Shown here: positions 1 to 12,120 of the stretch, piece by piece | Position numbering within the stretch: position 1 is the first letter of the stretch | Layout of the letters: the number at the start of each line of letters is the position of its first letter | Assembly (NCBI RefSeq): GCF_001194135.2 | Contig: NC_068989.1 | Coordinates: forward strand, 89,104,787-89,153,570 | Reading direction: 5' to 3' | DNA length: 48,784 nt | Source: Octopus bimaculoides | Lineage: Eukaryota | Program-made: the position numbers and the translations under genes | The notes under the pieces: generated by a model | What the model was told of the DNA's origin: nothing | The model's input: only the letters and a program-made list of their open reading frames with translations | The model's database searches: none

Positions 1-194
1 ATTAATGTTTTACGTAGTGTTTTTGGTACCGAAAGACTTTCAAACTTCGTATACTTATCTATTTTGTGTTATAGAACAGAAAAATATTTTTGTATTCGAA
101 TTTATTTCATGTAAAAAATTGTCTTATTTCGATAATTTCAACCAATCACTGACAAGTATTCAGTTGTTTACATTTACTCCTTTGGCTGATTAAG

Positions 195-660
195 CGGTGT
201 AAAGCGTATTTAACCCTAAGGTTAGGGTTAGGGTTAGGGTTAGCCTATAATAGAAAGGTTTATTAGCTACTGCCAATATGCTTCAGCCATTTTTTGACAA
301 GGAAATAATAATTTTATCACCGATAGAATTGTTTCAGAATCGTTTGTTTATGTAGGGAAAATAACCTTTATTTTAAGTTTTGACCCAAACCATGCAAAAT
401 TCTAGGGGGTGGGTTCATAATGCTTACTGAAGTTTTTACCAAACTTGGTCTGCAGAAGCAGTATCTCTCAAATTTCAGCTTTCAAGTTTGAGTAGTTTAG
501 GAGTTATAGAGTTTTTAATTTGTTACCACACAGGTCCTACTTTAGGAAATACCATCTTCCTCTCCTTTTTATTTCTGTGACACTAAAATCTCTGACCATA
601 TTAATTGTTTTTCAGAATAGTAGGCTTATCCAACTAGAGTATCTAAAATAATGTCTCACT
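195..660. mobile_element. Probable terminal/subterminal non-coding region of a DNA transposon, containing a short TTAGGG tract
   Basis: taaccctaag-gttagggttagggttagggttag at 211-243 ((TTAGGG)3 plus an inverted taacccta), followed by microsatellite-free AT-rich sequence running into transposase-like reading frames. Class assignment is inference. Confidence 0.4.
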
Positions 661-689
661 GAAAGGAACAAAAAAATCTGGACGAAGAA

Positions 690-1418
690 TCTCGTGCAAT
701 TTCAAGACTCGCATAGGAAAAGAAGACCTGTTCCTCTAGAAGAGCATTCTTTGGAAAATAACTGCAGGATATCAATGAAACTTCAAATTGTCGGTCACTA
801 CTTGTTCCTTGGAGGTACCATCAAAGGAAAGGAACGAAACAATAAAAGCAATTTCGAAAGAAGTAACTTTTATATGGCAAAAGAAATTAAATTTCCCATA
901 TTTATGAATTAAAAATGTACAAGCAAAAGTAGAAAAGTGCTGAATACCTACGATAAATGTGTAAAACGAGGAAAATACGATTCACTGAAAAGAATTTTTG
1001 ACATCACAAAAGAAAACGATGAATGGCTGTGCAGTGAGGCTTGAAGGTTAAAGCAAGGGACAGGTTGGGCATGGAACTGGAAAGGCAACCAGTTCCAAAA
1101 CTATCCATCCACCCAAAAGAAGAATAGTCTCCTTAATGCCAACTTCAGCCAGAGCAACTCCAGTATCATCATCAACGTCTGAAGCAGAGACTGAAAGTGA
1201 ATATCAAGAATCGGAAAAATCAGATGAAGAATCCACGCAACCAAAGTTAGTAATATCTTCCAAGCTTTCAACCCAAAAAGCAACAACAGTTTGTCGACAA
1301 TTATCTGAAGAAGGAATCAATGTCAAGACTCCTTCCCAATCTGGTATTTACAGGTCGACTATCAAAGAAGCTGTTAAAATAAAAAAGAAAATGAAGTAAA
1401 CATTACATCTAGAAATGT
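690..1418 (+). pseudogene. Decayed transposase-like coding remnant of an unclassified DNA transposon
   Basis: Frame-hopping translation gives SKSRKVLNTYDKCVKRGKYDSLKRIFDITKENDEWLCSE, then GQVGHGTGKATSSKTIHP, then TVCRQLSEEGINVKTPSQSGIYRSTIKEAVKIKKKMK*TLHLE. This resembles transposon-derived invertebrate proteins I recall (IHPSKR and PTPSQS motifs). Stops and frameshifts present. Superfamily not determined. Confidence 0.5.
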
Positions 1419-2143
1419 GCTCGACTATATGCTCGGAATGGCATTAATTCGATTTTCTCAAGTTCCTGTAGTTTATTTCGTTCGAGCATTGCGAGGTCTT
1501 CCGTTGTCTTGCTGCAGAAGAGTTCGCTTTCTGTTAACCTTGCCAGCTATTTTTGCCGCACAATGGCATATATGCACTTCAGCTGTTCGGAGTACAGGTT
1601 TACATCGATGGTTCGACCGGAACGAACGTGTTGTGCATTATCCACTCATAATTCCACCTGATGCAGAGCATCACCTTGTGTTCAAAACACCCATGTTTGG
1701 CGACAGGTTCCAGAAGCTGGTCCTTGCTTAACCACTGCTTGTGCATGCTAGGAGTGCGAAAAAATATCTCCCTCAGATCATTATTTGTTCTAATCCATGG
1801 CTCAAAGCTTCCGTTCTTCCCCCGCCAAAAAAAGACCTGGCATCAGCATGAGATTAAAGAACGATTGTGCTAACTCGCCACTTTATTCACTTAATAATGG
1901 CCGATCCCATTTAGCGCCGTTTTGGTTAACGCTGCATTTGAAAGAACGTTATCTAGAGTGCTAAGCGAGGTATTCTCTCTCTCTGTCTCTTTCGTGTGTG
2001 TGTGTGTGTACGCACGCGAGATAGGTATGAATAACAGATGTTTCAATGAGCTGAGTTTTGAATTGTAGCCAAGTGTGATTAGCGTGACTGTGAATGGTGG
2101 CTTTCAGCCGCCATTTTCGGCTCGTTTCAAGTGTCATTTGCAT
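1415..2143 (-). pseudogene. Mariner (Tc1/mariner) transposase remnant
   Basis: Reverse-strand translation across frameshifts: KQWLSKD..KVMLCIRWNY (cf. KVMLCVWW), NLYSEQL, RKRTLLQQDNGRPR at about 1491-1530 (cf. LLHDNARPH, second catalytic Asp), KLQELEKIELMPFRAYSR (cf. LPHPPYSPDL). LITLGYNSKLS near 2050-2085 resembles the second HTH end. Interrupted by a CT/GT microsatellite at about 1975-2020. Confidence 0.85.
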
Positions 2144-2553
2144 TTACTTTTTTCCTTTCCGATTTTTTTTTCCCAAAATTTAATTACAAATTTATTAATG
2201 AATGTTAAAGATATATAAATTAATTAAAACACCTTCCAATGTTATTTTTTTAAAAATATAATCTTATAATCATTTTTTTCCTTGTTTTTTTACCAGTATT
2301 TCGTAAGACCTCAAAGAAAATTTGTAAGGAGCAAAGGATACAAGCATCGCTAATTACTCTTTCATATAAGAAAATTGAAGTTAATTTAAATTTTTAATGA
2401 AATTACATTAATTCGTTTACTTATTATTAAAAAAAAATTGTCGTTAATTCTATTCTTTCCTCAGTGTTTCTTAATTTTCTTAATTTGTTCTTAGCCTAAT
2501 GCTTAAATTCAGGACACAAAACTTAACGACTGCTAGATATGTTTCCCTTCATA

Positions 2554-2753
2554 CCGGACAAAATGCTCAGCGGCATTTCGTCCGTTTTTACGTTCAGAGT
2601 TCAAATGCTGCTGAGGTCGATTTTACCTTTCATCTTTTCGGGGTCGATAAAATGCGAGTAAGTATCAATTGAGCACGCGCGGGGAGGGTGATGTAATCGG
2701 CTAGTCCCCAACAAATTTCAGGCCTTGTGCGCATAGTAGAAAGGATCATTATT
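2554..2753 (+). mobile_element. tRNA-headed SINE family A, 5'-truncated copy
   Basis: Shares gttcaaat..gaggtcga..tt.cctttcatc.tttcggggtcgataaa..aaatttcaggccttgtgc..gtagaaa with the copy at 3596-3798. Confidence 0.8.
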
Positions 2754-2765
2754 TTTTCAGTTCAA

Positions 2766-2938
2766 GGCAACGAACTGGTATAATCGTTAGCGCGTCGAAC
2801 AAAACACTTGGCAGCATTTCTTTCACCTCCTTACGTTCTGAGTTCAAATTCCGCTGAAGTCAACTTTGCCTTTCGTTCTTTCGAGGTCGATAAAATAAGG
2901 TACCGGTTGAACACTGAGTCAATGTAATTGATTAACCC
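2766..2938 (+). mobile_element. SINE family A, diverged copy in tandem with the previous one
   Basis: aactggtataatcgttagc..ctgagttcaaattccgctgaagtcaactttgcctttc..gaggtcgataaaataaggtacc. Confidence 0.8.
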
Positions 2939-2946
2939 AGCAGCGA

Positions 2947-3260
2947 CGGTGGTGATGGTGGTGATGGTGGTGGTGGGGTTGGCAGCGGTGGAGGCGGGGG
3001 CGGTGGTGATGGTGGTGGTGGTGAGGATGGTGATGGTGGTNNNNNNNNNNNNNNNNNNNNNNNNNNNNNNNNNNNNNNNNNNNNNNNNNNNNNNNNNNNN
3101 NNNNNNNNNNNNNNNNNNNNNNNNNNNNNNNNNNNNNNNNNNNNNNNNNNNNNNNNNNNNNNNNNNNNNNNNNNNNNNTGGTGGTGGTGGTGGTGGAGAT
3201 GGTGGTGGTGGCGGCGGCGGCGGCAGTGATGATGGTAGTGGTGGGGGTGGGGGTGATGGT
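2947..3260. repeat. (GGT/GAT/GGC)n trinucleotide tract spanning an assembly gap
   Basis: Imperfect ggt repeats on both sides of N gap 3041-3178. Confidence 0.9.
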
Positions 3261-3595
3261 GTGCGAAGCTTTGACTGAAAGAATACAAAATGAAGGCAAA
3301 TTGAAATATATTCGAGTGATATTTGGAGAAAAAGGCTTTAAAAAAGAGGTAACTCACACCTATCTTTTTGTCAGGAGCGAGAAGTTTTTTTTCTTCACGA
3401 CAAACTTCAGTAAAAAACCTTTACAGGTTCAAATAGCTCTCAAACAGATTTGAATTGGTCTTAAGCTTGTATTCGTTCAGTTAGTTCTATGCATCTACTC
3501 ACAAGTATGTGTGCGTGTGTGTGTGTGTATGTGTGTCTGTGTGTGTGTGTGATAGAACATCCCAAAATTAGATGCCAATACCCAAGCAATATTAA

Positions 3596-3798
3596 GGCGG
3601 TGAGCTGGCAGAATCGTTAGCACGCCGGGCGAAATGCTTAGCGGTATTTCGTCTGAGTTCAAATTCAGCCGAGGTCGACTTTGCCTTTCATCCATTCGGG
3701 GTCGATAAATTAAGTACCAGTTGCGTAAATGGGGTCGATCTAATCGACTGGCCACCTGCCCCGAAATTTCGGGCCTTGTGTCTAGAGTAGAAAAGAAC
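3596..3798 (+). mobile_element. SINE family A, best-preserved full-length copy
   Basis: ggcggtgagctggcagaatcgttagc (A-box-like tggcagaatcg) ... gagttcaaattc (B-box-like) ... gaggtcgactttgcctttcatccattcggggtcgataaattaagtaccag ... aaatttcgggccttgtgtctagagtagaaaag. Recurs at least 15 times in the window. Confidence 0.85.
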
Positions 3799-3954
3799 AT
3801 CTAAGCATTGTTTACGCTTAATTAGGTTTACTCATGAGGAAAAGCAAACAACATCAAAGTAAGCGATTCACCAAAATTTACCACTTTACCAATTCAGAAT
3901 AACGAGATTAAGATATAAGAAAATCACAATCAAGCATAACAAATTTGCACTCCC

Positions 3955-3955
3955 A

Positions 3956-3992
<37 letters not shown>

Positions 3993-4373
3993 CGCGCGTG
4001 TGCGTAGTTACAGGAAATATATGTGTGTATGTATGTATGTATGTATGTATGCGTGTGTATAAATAGATAGATGGATTGATAGATAGATAAATAGATAGAT
4101 ACAGGCATACATACGTACGTATATATATATATATATATATAATAAAATAATACGTATATATACACACTCATACATACACATACACATACACATACACATA
4201 TATATATATATAATAAAATAATACGTATATATACACACTCATACATACACATACACACTCATACATACACATACACACTCTCAAACACACATGTATACAT
4301 TCCCAAATTCATTACACATGATTAAATGTATATGTATTGCATGTTTAGAAAGACATACTTTACATACATATAC

Positions 4374-4443
<70 letters not shown>

Positions 4444-4801
4444 ATATGAGCAGTGAGCTGACATGTAAGTGCGCTGACCACTGGTACAATGTTGTGCCAG
4501 GAACGAAATACCAAAACACGAGCTTCCGACCTCTTGGGTGGTTGACCTGCATCCTATCAGATTGGCCATCTGCACACACACACACATACACACACACACC
4601 TACCTACACACACGCACACACACACACAATCATACATAAACACATATATATATATATATATATATATACAAGTTTCTCACTCCGATACTCACATATAGCT
4701 GTACGTACGTACGTACACACACACATACATAGAGACAGATAGACACACACACACACACATGCACATATACATCTCATTTCGATACTCACATATGGCTGTA
4801 T

Positions 4802-4833
<32 letters not shown>

Positions 4834-5060
4834 CACACACACACGCAGACACTCTTTCTCTCACTCTCTCTTTCTCTCACTCTCTCTTTCTCTCACTCTC
4901 TCTTTCTCTCACTCTCTTTCTCTCACTCTCTCTTTCTCTCACTCTCTCTTTCTCTCACTCTCTCTTTCTCTCACTCTCTCTTTCTCTCTCTCTATCCACA
5001 CGCACACATATATAGGCACATATGCAAACAGGCACACACACACACACACACACACACATA
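3955..5060. repeat. Compound microsatellite block: (GT)n, (TAGA)n, (TA)n, (CA)n and a 14-16 bp ctctttctctcactct array
   Basis: Direct reading; the CT-rich array occupies about 4851-4992. Confidence 0.95.
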
Positions 5061-5442
5061 CGCACACGCACACATTAACGAATATACTGAAATCCATCAT
5101 CTCCATCTGCAACGACCACCTCACAGAATATGGCCGGCACTTCCAAGTTCTCTGCATATTTTCAGTTATGTCATTTGGAACCTTCCATCGTTTCTGGCAT
5201 CCCGGATATCAGAAAGGATAACCCACCCTCATTGACATGATGAACGAGTTATGGCCCAGCTATCTTGTTCATTCATCTAAATTCGGTCTCCGATTCAAGA
5301 GCCAAGTTCCGGTAGCCGTTGGTCTCCTCTTTTTGTTGTTGCTAATAGCAACAACCGAATGATGGAGCATCACAAGAGTCTGTCTTGCGGCCTTTACGGG
5401 TTGTTATAGTTGTTTCGGTCATATCCAGGATTAATACAGGGT

Positions 5443-5473
<31 letters not shown>

Positions 5474-5524
5474 CTACCCCCTTCTCTCCCTCTAACTGCA
5501 ATGGTAATACCAACTTACGAAGGT

Positions 5525-6045
5525 ATTGTTTGAGTTATTGGATTGCAGCCAATGAAGCAGAGCACCAGGAACTCTCTACCAGACTCGAGAGGGAGTGGAG
5601 ATCGGTCAAGATAAGGAAAAAAAAAATGAGATTCTGATCAATAACACTCAACTAGAGTGTGATAACCGACATCATGCTTAAAGGATAGAAGTTTGAAGAA
5701 GTAGTAAGCGGATCAAATGCATAAAAATCCACTTTGAGTAAGAGCAGCAGCTCAATAAAGGCGCCAAAGGTAAGACCTGGCCTGGCCTTATCTGCCATGA
5801 CAAAGATGAACGTCATATGAAAAATCAGCTCTCATGAAGTTTCCTCATGGAGCTCAAACGATACAAGTCCCTGGTGATTTCGATCATGGACACTCACAGT
5901 CGACACAGAGGCGAAGAATCCAGGCATTGACGCACAAGTGCATCCTTCAGAAGGTTACATATCCTTCAGAAGACTTCACAAACAGCTACTCAGAGTTTCA
6001 CGTAAACGATCATCAGACAGTCGGGAGCGTCTGATGATAAGTTAT
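5525..6045 (+). pseudogene. RTE-clade LINE reverse transcriptase C-terminal remnant
   Basis: Across frameshifts: IAANEAEHQELSTRLE, GLALSAMTKMNVI, LKRYKSLVISIM, TLTVDT, RRIQALTHKC. These match the RTE-type pattern (EAELQEL..RL; IGLATSAM.KL..IW; LYKSLV.SILLYGCESWTL; RRIQAFE.KC). Confidence 0.8.
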
Positions 6046-6064
6046 GTGAAACTCCGAGTTACAA

Positions 6065-6141
<77 letters not shown>

Positions 6142-6399
6142 CAGTATGCTGCGATGAATTTACAAACAAGCATACATAACATCTGAGGGTATATGTTTTC
6201 TCTCTGAAGAGATTATGTTCAGAAATATGAATTTGATATTTAATTAACTTCACTGTGTCTAATTGAAACAGCTGTAAGGGATAAAGATAATTTTTTTGCT
6301 GTTAATAAACTCTTATCAACTTCAAAATCTCCATTTTCTTTTTTTCCCTACAAGTATGTGTGTGTGTGTGCATGTGTGTGTGTATGTATGTGTATATAT

Positions 6400-6620
6400 A
6401 TATATATACACATGGTAAATGAAAGACAGAAGATGGAATATACGAGAATTTAGTATTGATCACGACAATTGTTTCGATACATCTAGCATCGATCCCTCAC
6501 GTGTGGGACACTCAACAACTGGTTCAAGAGCGTCCGGCAGTGTAGCTGTGTCTGATCGCGTGATAAATAGACGCAACTCATTAGAATAACAGCTCCGCAA
6601 TATATCTTCTCATTTCGTAG
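6400..6620 (-). mobile_element. Possible Penelope-like terminal-repeat fragment
   Basis: Minus strand reads gatgc-tagat-gtatc-GAAAC-aatt-GTC-gtgat, i.e. hammerhead-like stem II/III, but the CUGANGA core is not intact. Confidence 0.3.
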
Positions 6621-6810
6621 AAAGAAAAACAGCAAAAACGAAGGAAATATCTTCATTTACAAAGAAGATCAAAAATGAAATCACAAATGCAAAAATGAAC
6701 GAAGACCGCAATACAGCGAGAAAAGTAAAATATTCTTATGACGTCAGCAACAGATATATGTGTAGCATACATATAAATTTATATTCTTATGACGTCAGCA
6801 ACACATATGG

Positions 6811-6870
<60 letters not shown>

Positions 6871-8188
6871 GAAAATTAAGGGTTGTGAATCCAGCCCACT
6901 AAGGGATAATATCTAGATGAATACCACCTATTCCTCTCCATTTCTTATTGCTATATATATATATATATGTGTGTGTGTATATATATGTACACACACATCT
7001 GTTGCTGACGTCTTTGAGGGAATGTGAAATAATTGTTTTTGGTAATGGTGAATCTCGAAGCAGATTACTGAAGCGTTAAAAAAACTCCTTTGAATAGTTA
7101 AAGCCCAAAGCTACCTGTGGTACTCGAACCAACATCCACTATAAGTATGCACGCTATCATATAATATATATATTACACACACATACACACACACACACAC
7201 ACACGCATATATAGTGCACTGGCAAATTTTGATGTCAAAAAAAATGAGAGAAAAGATACGTAAAAGATGGTGGTACGCCAGAATTAACGCTCAAAAGCGT
7301 GGAACACAAAATAGCGGCGAAGTGAAACATCAGTCTCTCACCAAACATATCGAACCAACTGTAATATAGAATATATAACGCATTGTACGTAATGCAGTTT
7401 GATACTGCGTGTGTATATATTACATGGCGCATCTGACAAGTCAGTGTGCATGTGTGTGTGTGTGCGCGTGGATAACTATGTATATTGTAATATGTAATGT
7501 TATGTAGTGCGGCGACGGATGGAAAAACCGCATGGTTGAAATGTTGTGCGAGTTAGCATATGTAAGCGTGAGATACAGATTGTGCAACCTGTGTGCGTAT
7601 GTTCGGTATATGAAATGATATACCGAAAAGCCATCTGTAAATACGTCATAATAAAAGTCATATGTACTGTGGGTAATGTATGCAACGTGTGTCTGTGTGT
7701 AAGTGTTTATTATTTTACGTTAAGTTGCGCAGGCTAGTGCAAACTGCAAAATGTGTACTAGTGTGTAAGTGTAAAAGCGAGATATATGTGTTACTGTAGG
7801 TGTATGTAAGTAATAAGTGAAAAGGCTGCATGATGCGTGTGTGTGGGATGTTGTGTACAAATAGTATGATGTGTAATGTATATTTTCTACGTTCAAAGCC
7901 GTTATCGCGTACAATGTATGTAACTATATGTGAAAAAGCGGCGAGTGCTGTTGAATTTTCATAAAATTACGTGTAGTGCTCACACGTGTAGTGCTCACAC
8001 GTGTGTGCGTGTGTGTGAAGGGTAACCGAAAAAGGAACGAGGAGGGGAGTGGAAGCGATTCTTGGTACTGCATCTATGGAGAAACACGCTGTTTTTATCG
8101 GAGGTCGCCCGTAACGTCTGTGCGTGCTCTGTATGTGTGTGTGTGTGTATGTGCGCGCGCAATATCTGCTCTGTGTGTGTGTGTGAGC

Positions 8189-8226
<38 letters not shown>

Positions 8227-8655
8227 GCTCACATATATATATATGCGTGTTTGCATTAGTTTCGTTATCATGTGGCTTTCATATGTGTAAAACGTGTGTA
8301 TACATTCTGAATATGGGTGTGTGTGAATGAAATTATTTGTCTGTATATGTACAACTTGCGTGTAAGGATTCCACCTGCTTCACGCTGAGTATAAATATAA
8401 TTGTGAATACATAACTTGTTTTCTGATTGTGCAGGTATGTGTATGCGTATGCATAGATTTTAATCTAGTTTGGTATTTTTTTTATTGTATGATCATTGCC
8501 ACCGAATGCATCTGTGCGCATAAACATAAATACACGTTTTGCGTATCTACGTGTGTGTTTGAATTTTGGATGGGCCTATGATGTAGCGTGTGCGTGTTTA
8601 CATGTTGCCTCTCTTGGTGAAGCAGCGGTGTGCACATGTATGTATGTATGTACGT

Positions 8656-8698
<43 letters not shown>

Positions 8699-8714
8699 TA
8701 TGTATGTAGGTATG

Positions 8715-8759
<45 letters not shown>

Positions 8760-8775
8760 TATGTATGTAGGTATG

Positions 8776-8810
<35 letters not shown>

Positions 8811-9380
8811 AAATATTATTTATTTTTCAGTGCGTGTGTATATGTGTTCACGCATTTAATGTATAGTGTGTCTTGGATAGAAAAGGTAGAAAGGAAAAAG
8901 CGTGGAAGTGTACGAGTTGCGTGTTTGTAGACAGATGTATGTGCGTGTGCGAATGTGTGCATGTGTGCGTGTTTATCTTTGCATGTTCGCGTGTGTATAC
9001 TGAATTAAAAATATAAACCAACGTGTGTGCGTGTACATGTGTGTGTATATGTGAGTATGCAAGAAGTGCTTTGGATCTTGTGTACGTATAACGTACAATT
9101 GTGTATGTGGATGTATGTGTTTGTGTGCGTGCGCGTTCATATATGCGCCTTTGTATGTGAATCTGTCAGTAAGTGGGGAAGGAAAGCAGAAACGAGAGAG
9201 AGAGGAAGGGAAGAGGAAGGAGATGGTTGTATTGTGTCTGGAATTGTGTGTGTATGTGACGTAAAGAGTATGTGTGTGTATTTGTGCGTCTCTTTATTTT
9301 ATGCGAATAAGTAGGAGTAGAGTGTGCATGTGTATGTGTGTAAGTGTATCTAAACGATTGTCTTTCCTTGTCTCGTACTT

Positions 9381-9418
<38 letters not shown>

Positions 9419-9631
9419 AATATTTATGTCTACATGTCTATATGTCTTTGTAGCTGCACACACACACACACGTACATATGTATCTGTACACACACACGTA
9501 CACAATTGTACCCCCTCTCTCTCTAGCTACGTATCTGTGTGTGTGTGTGTATGATATGTAAACGTTAGTGTCTTAGTTTCTACAACTGTATATGTATATG
9601 TGTGTTTCAGTGTAATCTGTCTACATATTTG

Positions 9632-9682
<51 letters not shown>

Positions 9683-10952
9683 GTATGTGTGTGTGTTCGT
9701 GTGTACATGTATGGGTTAGTGTGTTAGTTGAAAACTGTGAGACACCTTGTCTGCTGGCGTATTTAGTATCACCCCCCCTCTCTCTCATTTTCTATGTGTG
9801 TATCTGTATCCTCGTGTGTGAACTATTTATTTCTATCTCTATCTCTACCTCTCTCTCTCTCTCTATTTATGTATGTGTTAGGCTAAAAGAAGTGTCTTCT
9901 AAATAACCCTCGTGTTGTATCTACTACTTCCTCTTCAGTCTAACTACTGACATCCATTGACTAGGCACAAGGCCTCCCGCCTCTTTTTTTTTTCATTCCC
10001 AGAGAAGCCATAGTATGTCGAAATATTCATGTTTTCGTCAAGGGTATATATTAGTAGCACAACTGAAGTGAATTTTGTGTTGTTGTAGTCAACCAAGTGT
10101 TGAAACTACGATCAAGGACTTCGTACGTCCTTTACAGTCAACGACGAATCACCACCGATACTATTAACAGTGATCTGTTCATACTGCTTATAAGGAATCC
10201 CTCACACAAACAATCTCTCTCTCTAAACCCACCATCTTGGCTTCCTCCTTCCACCTATTATTATATAGTATCTTATACAACATATGTGTGTATATATATG
10301 TATTTATACTTATATTTCTCTGTGTGTATATATGCTATGTTTTTCCTTTCATATATTTATTCTATTTTTGGCCTCTACGCATATCTTACCACGTCCTCCC
10401 CGAACGCCCTGGCGCGTTTTCGATCGTACGGAAACGGCAGCCATTACTTCCCTTTAGGTGTCCATGGCTACCATATCAAACGCGTCTGCTGAGATGGGGA
10501 GAGAAGGAAAGAGAGGAAACGAAGAGAAGGTATGAAAGAAGGGGGGGAGACAATTAAAATAGAAAGAGAAAGAGTGAAAGAGAGAGAGAGAAACGAAAGA
10601 ATACGAACAATAAAGGGAAAGAAAAAGAGAGAAAGAGAGAAGGGCTTATTTTTGAAACTGTGCTTTCTCTAGTCCTACGTTAACGTAGACAAGAAAACTG
10701 AGGACCAATCAAAATGGGCAATCTAATCAGCTGATTGATAACTTGCCCTTATAAGGAAAATCCCACCAACGTTCTACATTCCAGACATAGTAGCAAGCAT
10801 ATCGGGTAGTGGTAGTTATAGTAGTAACAGTAGTGGAGGGAGGAGTAGGAAAGACAGGATGAAAATACACATGCGTGTAGCAGACAACGAAAATGAGTTT
10901 TTCGAAGCCGATCCTTCTGTCTATGTGTGTATTTACATATATACGACATGCT

Positions 10953-10997
<45 letters not shown>

Positions 10998-11207
10998 NNN
11001 NNNNNNNNNNNNNNNNNNNNNNNNNNNNNNNNNNNNNNNNNNNNNNNNNNNNNNNNNNNNNNNNNNNNNNNNNNNNNNNNNNNNNNNNNNNNNNNNNNNN
11101 NNNNNNNNNNNNNNNNNNNNNNNNNNNNNNNNNNNNNNNNNNNNNNNNNNNNNNNNNNNNNNNNNNNNNNNNNNNNNNNNNNNNNNNNNNNNNNNNNNNN
11201 NNNNNNN

Positions 11208-11258
<51 letters not shown>

Positions 11259-11312
11259 ATATATATATGTTTGTGTGTGTAGGGTATACGTGTAGAGACT
11301 AGATATAAAGAT

Positions 11313-11458
11313 ATTACATTGACATTCTTACTAATAGTCTACAAATTTTCGTCATTAGCATCGAATTATTATTACCATTGACTTGAAAGTCAATGGTAAT
11401 AATAATTCGATGCTAATGACGAAAATTTGTAGACTATTAGTAAGAATGTCAATGTAAT
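11313..11458. repeat. Perfect inverted repeat (72-bp arms, 2-nt spacer)
   Basis: 11313-11384 is the exact reverse complement of 11387-11458; spacer ga at 11385-11386. Confidence 0.97.
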
Positions 11459-11659
11459 TGCAGTTCCATAAGACGAAAAGTACCAGTTATGTACTTGGGC
11501 GCATTTAAACCCTTTTCGATCCTCGTACAAAACTATCCCGAGATCTGTTTTGCTAGATATTATCCTTCTACAGGTATAAAGTTACAGTGAAAGAATAAAG
11601 TTGATTTAATGATCTTGTAAGCATCTACGATGCGAATGGAATTATTGGAGAAAACTAAC

Positions 11660-12120
11660 ACTTTGTTTTTCATTTTAGTGGGATCGACAGAGTCGATAAA
11701 ATACGCAACCAGTCAACAACTTGGGGTCGATATAATCAGCTGTTGCCTCAGACATAATGAGTGTCCTTGTGCCGAACAAAATGCCATGCGGTATTTTCTT
11801 TTACAGTTCGCTACATTCTGAGCTTACATCCTGCTAGAGTCGACTTTGCCTTTCATCCTTTCGACATCGATAGATTAAGTACCAGTGAAACACTGGGGTC
11901 GATGTAATCGACTAGTCCCCTCCCCCGAAATTTCAAGGCCTTATGCCTTCAGTAGAAAAGATTATTATTATTATTCTTCAAGCGTGGTGGTTTAACTGAA
12001 CCGCGTTCCTTCGACCAATCTCAACTTTGCCTTTCATTCCTTTGCGGTCGATAAGATCACGTACAGGGCTCGCTTAATCGATTAACCCCTCCCACGAAAT
12101 CTGTTAGCCCTGTGTCTAAG
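11660..12120 (+). mobile_element. Cluster of three SINE family A pieces (partial, near-full 11770-11976, partial)
   Basis: gagtcgactttgcctttcatcctttcgac..aagtaccagtgaaacactggggtcgatgtaatcgactagtcccc..gtagaaaagattattattatt. Confidence 0.8.

Noticed and set aside
2919-3357. Poly-His/Pro/Gly ORFs resembling a low-complexity protein
   Set aside because: Translation of a (GGT)n tract across a gap, open in most frames, with no unique flanking coding sequence.
4445-4572. Unique 130-bp island (WYNVVPGTKYQNTSFRPLGWLTC) between CA tracts
   Set aside because: Splice signals are inconsistent on either strand and no family is recognised.
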